Part shown: positions 60,433 to 64,000 of the stretch, in pieces | Layout: every line of letters starts with the position of its first letter | How positions within the stretch are numbered: position 1 is the stretch's first letter | Origin: Auanema rhodensis | Taxonomy: Eukaryota > Animalia > Nematoda | NCBI GenBank assembly: GCA_964057225.1 | Contig: OZ059894.1 | Span: 6,820,001-6,884,000, forward strand | Length of the DNA: 64,000 nucleotides | Direction of reading: 5' to 3' | The notes under the pieces: generated by a model | What the model saw: only the letters and a program-made list of their open reading frames with translations | The model's database searches: none | Told to the model about the DNA's origin: nothing | Program-made: the position numbers and the translations under genes

Positions 60433-61037
60433 TCCCCCCACCTTAAAAAGTTGAACGTCCTCGTTCAAAAACAAAATAAATTAATTCACTTTTTAAGATA
60501 GTTGGATGTTGGAAAAAAAAAAAATCATGGTGTAGTGGATAAAAAAAATGTATACAATACGATTTGAAAGTTTAGCTATTGTCTCTTCAAGTTTGTTGAA
60601 TTCGAAATGTAGTATCGAGTAGATTCTATTTCATTCACTTGAGTAGTGAAATGCTTGCAAACGAGAGCTTTGCTTCTAAACCATTCGACTGTGATATAGT
60701 CGTTCATTTTCTTGAGTAGTACAGGTACGGTGTTACCCTGAGAATAGGTCGAGCCCGTTCTGTACAAAAAAATGAAAACTCGTTTAACCCGTATGACTAA
60801 TGTCCATAAGGTGAATACAAGTAATGATTAAGCATAAAAAATAGCATGATTCACAAGAGAATGTTGAAAAAAAAATCTACTCAATGAGAGTTGGAGTAAT
60901 AAAACAAAACCTTGTAAAACAATAGCAGACTTCTCAGAGAAAATCAATCAACAACAAAGAAGTGGTACAATCAGAAATGGCACAAAATAAAATTAAAAAA
61001 ATTTCAACAATTTGATTTTGTTAAAAAAAAACTACCT

Positions 61038-63995
61038 TCAAGAAATTGTGATAACCGGAATAGATGTTGTCCGTTGGTAAGGTTTGACGAAGTCCTTGTG
61101 TACTCTTCTGCTTTTTCCTTTATCTGTTTGAACCACGACGAAAGATCTTTGAACTGCTGTAACTAAATAAGGCCCTTCGAATGAAGGTGTTAGTTTGTTT
61201 CGAGTAGAATTCACTTTTATCATAACTAAGTCATTAACCTGAATTTCTTTATTTTGTGTTCTATTTCGTGTATTGTACCGTTGTTCATTCTTCTTTGTGC
61301 ATGTTTCAATTCTATCTTTCACTATATTAGATGTGCTTTCATTTTGTATTAGCGATCTATTGACAAAATCTTCTGTAGGATTGGCTGGTTCTTCAGTTTG
61401 AAGATTGTTTCCAGGCAATTGATGGTCAATAGGAAGTCTTGCATCCCGACCAAATAATACAACATATGGACTAATAGATGTTGATGAGTTTGGTAACGTA
61501 TTGATCGCAAACATAACTTTGGGTAGGTGTATATCCCAGTTAGTTTGTTGTTCATTCACGAATGAAGAGAGAGCTTCTTCCAAAGTTCTATGAAGTCTCT
61601 CAACTTGTCCATTAGCATTTTTATGATATGGTAGCGTAGTAGTGTGTTTAATTCCAAATTGTTTACACATAGCTTGAAATTCAGATGACAAAAAGCTACT
61701 ACCATTATCGGTTATCATACTCATTGGTGGTCCATATATGAAAACAAATCTAATTACAAACGCTTTTGAGATTTCAGTAGCCGTTTGTGTTATTAATGGG
61801 CAAGTTGTTCCCCATTTACTAAAAGCATCTTGAATACTCAAGATGTATCGATGTCCATCATTAGTGCGAGGTAAAGGACCTAGTATATCTACATGAATAC
61901 GATCAAATGGCTTTTCGGGTATAACAAATCTTCCCATAGGTTGAATATACGATTGGTGTGGGTTAGATTTCCTACTTGCACATTTTGTACAACGATTAAT
62001 AAATTCAGTTATTTGTGGAACCATATTAGTCCAAAAGAATCGTCGTCGAATCGCATCAGTAGTTTTATTTATACCTAGGTGTGCACCAATTTTGGAATCT
62101 TCGTGAAAAAATTTGATGACAACATCAGTTATTTTGTCGTTTCGCGGCAAAATAATAGATGGTTTTAAATAATTTTTCACTTGTTTTGCATGTAATATGC
62201 CTTCTCGTTCTTCATACCGGTCTGATATATTAGCCGGACAGTTATCATTATTAATTTGAGAAAGTGCTTCGCGAATCCAGGGAACTCCAGCTTGAACTTT
62301 CCGTATTTCTTCACAATTTAGTTGGTCAATAGAAGAAATAGTTGTAATATGAGCAATAAAAGCATCAACAGGTTTTACTTTGTCCTTTGGTTTAGTAGGA
62401 CGACTGTCATTTGCTTCGTTTCCTATATACCTGGAGAGAGCATCACAGACACTGTTTAATTTGCCAGGACGATATTCAATCTTTATGTTGAAATCTTGTA
62501 TCATTAGTTGATACTTGGCTAATCTACCTATGAGATCTTTACGCGACATTAAACTGGTTAATGGTCGGTGATCTGTGATAACTGTGGTAGGTACTCCTAA
62601 TACATAGGTACGGAATTGTTGAAGAGCAAAGACTAAACCGAGTGCTTCAACTTCAATAGGAGGATATTTCCGTTCCGCTGGAGTCAACTTTCTACTAGCG
62701 AACGCAATCGGGTGTAATGGAGAATTTTTCTCTGCTGATTGCAATAAAACTGCTCCCACAGCGATCATACTGCCATCACTTTCTATAACAAAAGGTTGGT
62801 CTGCTTTAGGAGGTTTCAGTACAGGGGCAGTACACAGTAATGTTTTTAAAGTTTTAAATGCGTCTGCATGTTCCGATTTCCACTCAAAAGGAGTATCCTT
62901 ATGTGTTAACTTATACAATGGCTCAGCTATTCCGGCATAATTTTGAATAAACCGTCGAAAATAGTTAGTCATACCTAGAAAGGATCTGACAGCCGTAACT
63001 GTGCTTGGATTTGGAAATTCGGAAACAGCCTGTATTTTAGCAGGATCTGGTTTAACACCATTTCTACCTATTATAAAACCCAAAAACTTTACTTCAGTGG
63101 CTGCAAAACAACATTTAGATAACTTAATTTTTAACCCTAGTTCAGTGACCTTTTTCAGCACTTCTTGTATATCTCTTAAATGTTCATCAGCTGAGTTCGA
63201 AATTATTAGCAAATCATCTAGATATACAAACAGTTTGCATCTAACAAGAGATTGCAAGTATCGTACTGCGGATTGAAAAGTGTGTGGCGCTCCACACAAT
63301 CCCATAGGCATTCGGCAATACTGATAGGTACCTGATGGAGTGGTAAAAGCAGTTAGGTGTCTATCTGAGCGTTTCAACGGTATTTGGAAGAAACCAGAAA
63401 TGAGATCAAAATTCGAAAAGAACTGAGCTCCAGCCGCTAAGTCTATGATATCAGGAATGTGTGGGATGCTGTATGTTTGTTTCTTAGTAACACTATTCAA
63501 TGCTCTAAAGTCAGTTACGAACCGGAAAGAATTATCTTTCTTTTTCACAAGAACAACTGGACTAGTGAAAGTAGCCGTCGAATTTTCGATTATACCTTGC
63601 GACAACATTTCTTTCACTTGCCGTTCTACTTCTTCTTGCTTACCCAATGGTACTCTGTAAGATCTACTTTTTGGGAAATCCATATCGGATCTTATAGGAA
63701 TGGCATGTTCTACTGGTCCGCAAAAGAGACCAATATTATGATCATGGTTGAAAAATGCCGTTTGGTTTTCCTTAATGATTGTGATCAGATTTTTCTTCAT
63801 TTTATGGGACAGAGTGCAAGAATTGAAGTTCAAATCATCCAAAAGATGCTGAGGAAAAGTTGGTAACTTATCTTCCCAATCAGCTTCAGGTGGAACATAA
63901 TCGTTCATAATTTCTTTAGATGCTATAAGTCCTGAACCAATGTGGTCATTTTTATTAATTTTAATTGGCTTTGAAGAATTGTTTGATACTACCAT
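61038..63995 (-). CDS. pol: Gypsy Pol polyprotein (RT, RNase H, integrase), 5'-partial
   Basis: RT: SPVVLVKKKD..RFVTDFRALN, FDLISGFFQI, MPMGLCGAP, YLDD. RNase H: SDGS..AVGAVL, IAFASRKL, EALG, TDHRPL. Integrase: H..GAHLG..CTKC zinc finger, HVDILGP/TDNG/NGQVER DDE core, GPY motif. Confidence 0.96.
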   Translation of the reverse strand: MVVSNNSSKPIKINKNDHIGSGLIASKEIMNDYVPPEADWEDKLPTFPQHLLDDLNFNSCTLSHKMKKNLITIIKENQTAFFNHDHNIGLFCGPVEHAIPIRSDMDFPKSRSYRVPLGKQEEVERQVKEMLSQGIIENSTATFTSPVVLVKKKDNSFRFVTDFRALNSVTKKQTYSIPHIPDIIDLAAGAQFFSNFDLISGFFQIPLKRSDRHLTAFTTPSGTYQYCRMPMGLCGAPHTFQSAVRYLQSLVRCKLFVYLDDLLIISNSADEHLRDIQEVLKKVTELGLKIKLSKCCFAATEVKFLGFIIGRNGVKPDPAKIQAVSEFPNPSTVTAVRSFLGMTNYFRRFIQNYAGIAEPLYKLTHKDTPFEWKSEHADAFKTLKTLLCTAPVLKPPKADQPFVIESDGSMIAVGAVLLQSAEKNSPLHPIAFASRKLTPAERKYPPIEVEALGLVFALQQFRTYVLGVPTTVITDHRPLTSLMSRKDLIGRLAKYQLMIQDFNIKIEYRPGKLNSVCDALSRYIGNEANDSRPTKPKDKVKPVDAFIAHITTISSIDQLNCEEIRKVQAGVPWIREALSQINNDNCPANISDRYEEREGILHAKQVKNYLKPSIILPRNDKITDVVIKFFHEDSKIGAHLGINKTTDAIRRRFFWTNMVPQITEFINRCTKCASRKSNPHQSYIQPMGRFVIPEKPFDRIHVDILGPLPRTNDGHRYILSIQDAFSKWGTTCPLITQTATEISKAFVIRFVFIYGPPMSMITDNGSSFLSSEFQAMCKQFGIKHTTTLPYHKNANGQVERLHRTLEEALSSFVNEQQTNWDIHLPKVMFAINTLPNSSTSISPYVVLFGRDARLPIDHQLPGNNLQTEEPANPTEDFVNRSLIQNESTSNIVKDRIETCTKKNEQRYNTRNRTQNKEIQVNDLVMIKVNSTRNKLTPSFEGPYLVTAVQRSFVVVQTDKGKSRRVHKDFVKPYQRTTSIPVITIS

Positions 63996-64000
63996 AGTAA

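Larger units (their letters stand above)
60052..64000 (-). mobile_element. Ty3/Gypsy (Cer-like) LTR retrotransposon, 3' portion
   Basis: pol with domain order RT-RNaseH-integrase. Polypurine tract AAGGTGGGGGGA directly before a TGTCACA LTR start. The element runs off the window end. Confidence 0.95.

Noticed and set aside
60576-60767. Short ORF after Gypsy pol as a possible env gene
   Set aside because: 63 aa, non-ATG start, no signal peptide or transmembrane segment; the 3' region is only ~600 bp.
61349-63866. Small ORFs overlapping pol, and similar off-frame or antisense ORFs over wdr-20, aos-1 and the lysozyme gene
   Set aside because: Shadow frames or intron read-through of real genes, with no independent evidence.

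Overview
AT-rich eukaryotic DNA, almost certainly from a rhabditid nematode: introns of ~45-55 nt with TTTCAG/TTTTAG acceptors, a nematode-type tRNA-Ile, a protist-type lysozyme and Cer-like LTR elements. The first 5.2 kb is compact and gene-dense: the 3' end of an unknown gene, then wdr-20 (WDR20/DMWD) and aos-1 (SAE1), with operon-like spacing. The sequence then turns abruptly repetitive. A 161-bp tandem array of tRNA-Ile(AAT) genes on the + strand is split into two clusters by a lysozyme gene. A ~47.5-kb block of 199-bp satellite follows (~131 + ~96 units). It is interrupted by a Merlin-like MITE and by a 1.75-kb island containing a 15-bp EPEEE/RSPRR minisatellite. Beyond it lies a second tRNA-Ile(AAT) array on the - strand, so the arrays point convergently into the satellite. 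This right array is invaded by a 2-kb non-autonomous BEL/Pao-like LTR element with one ORF (carrying a nested solo-LTR-like insert) and by a Gypsy retrotransposon whose intact pol runs off the window end. The most notable points are the tRNA-array-bracketed satellite architecture, a partial SL-RNA-like arrangement in the satellite monomer, the single-ORF mini-LTR element and LTR-like ends in CG rather than CA. All coordinates and counts were read by eye; no searches were run.
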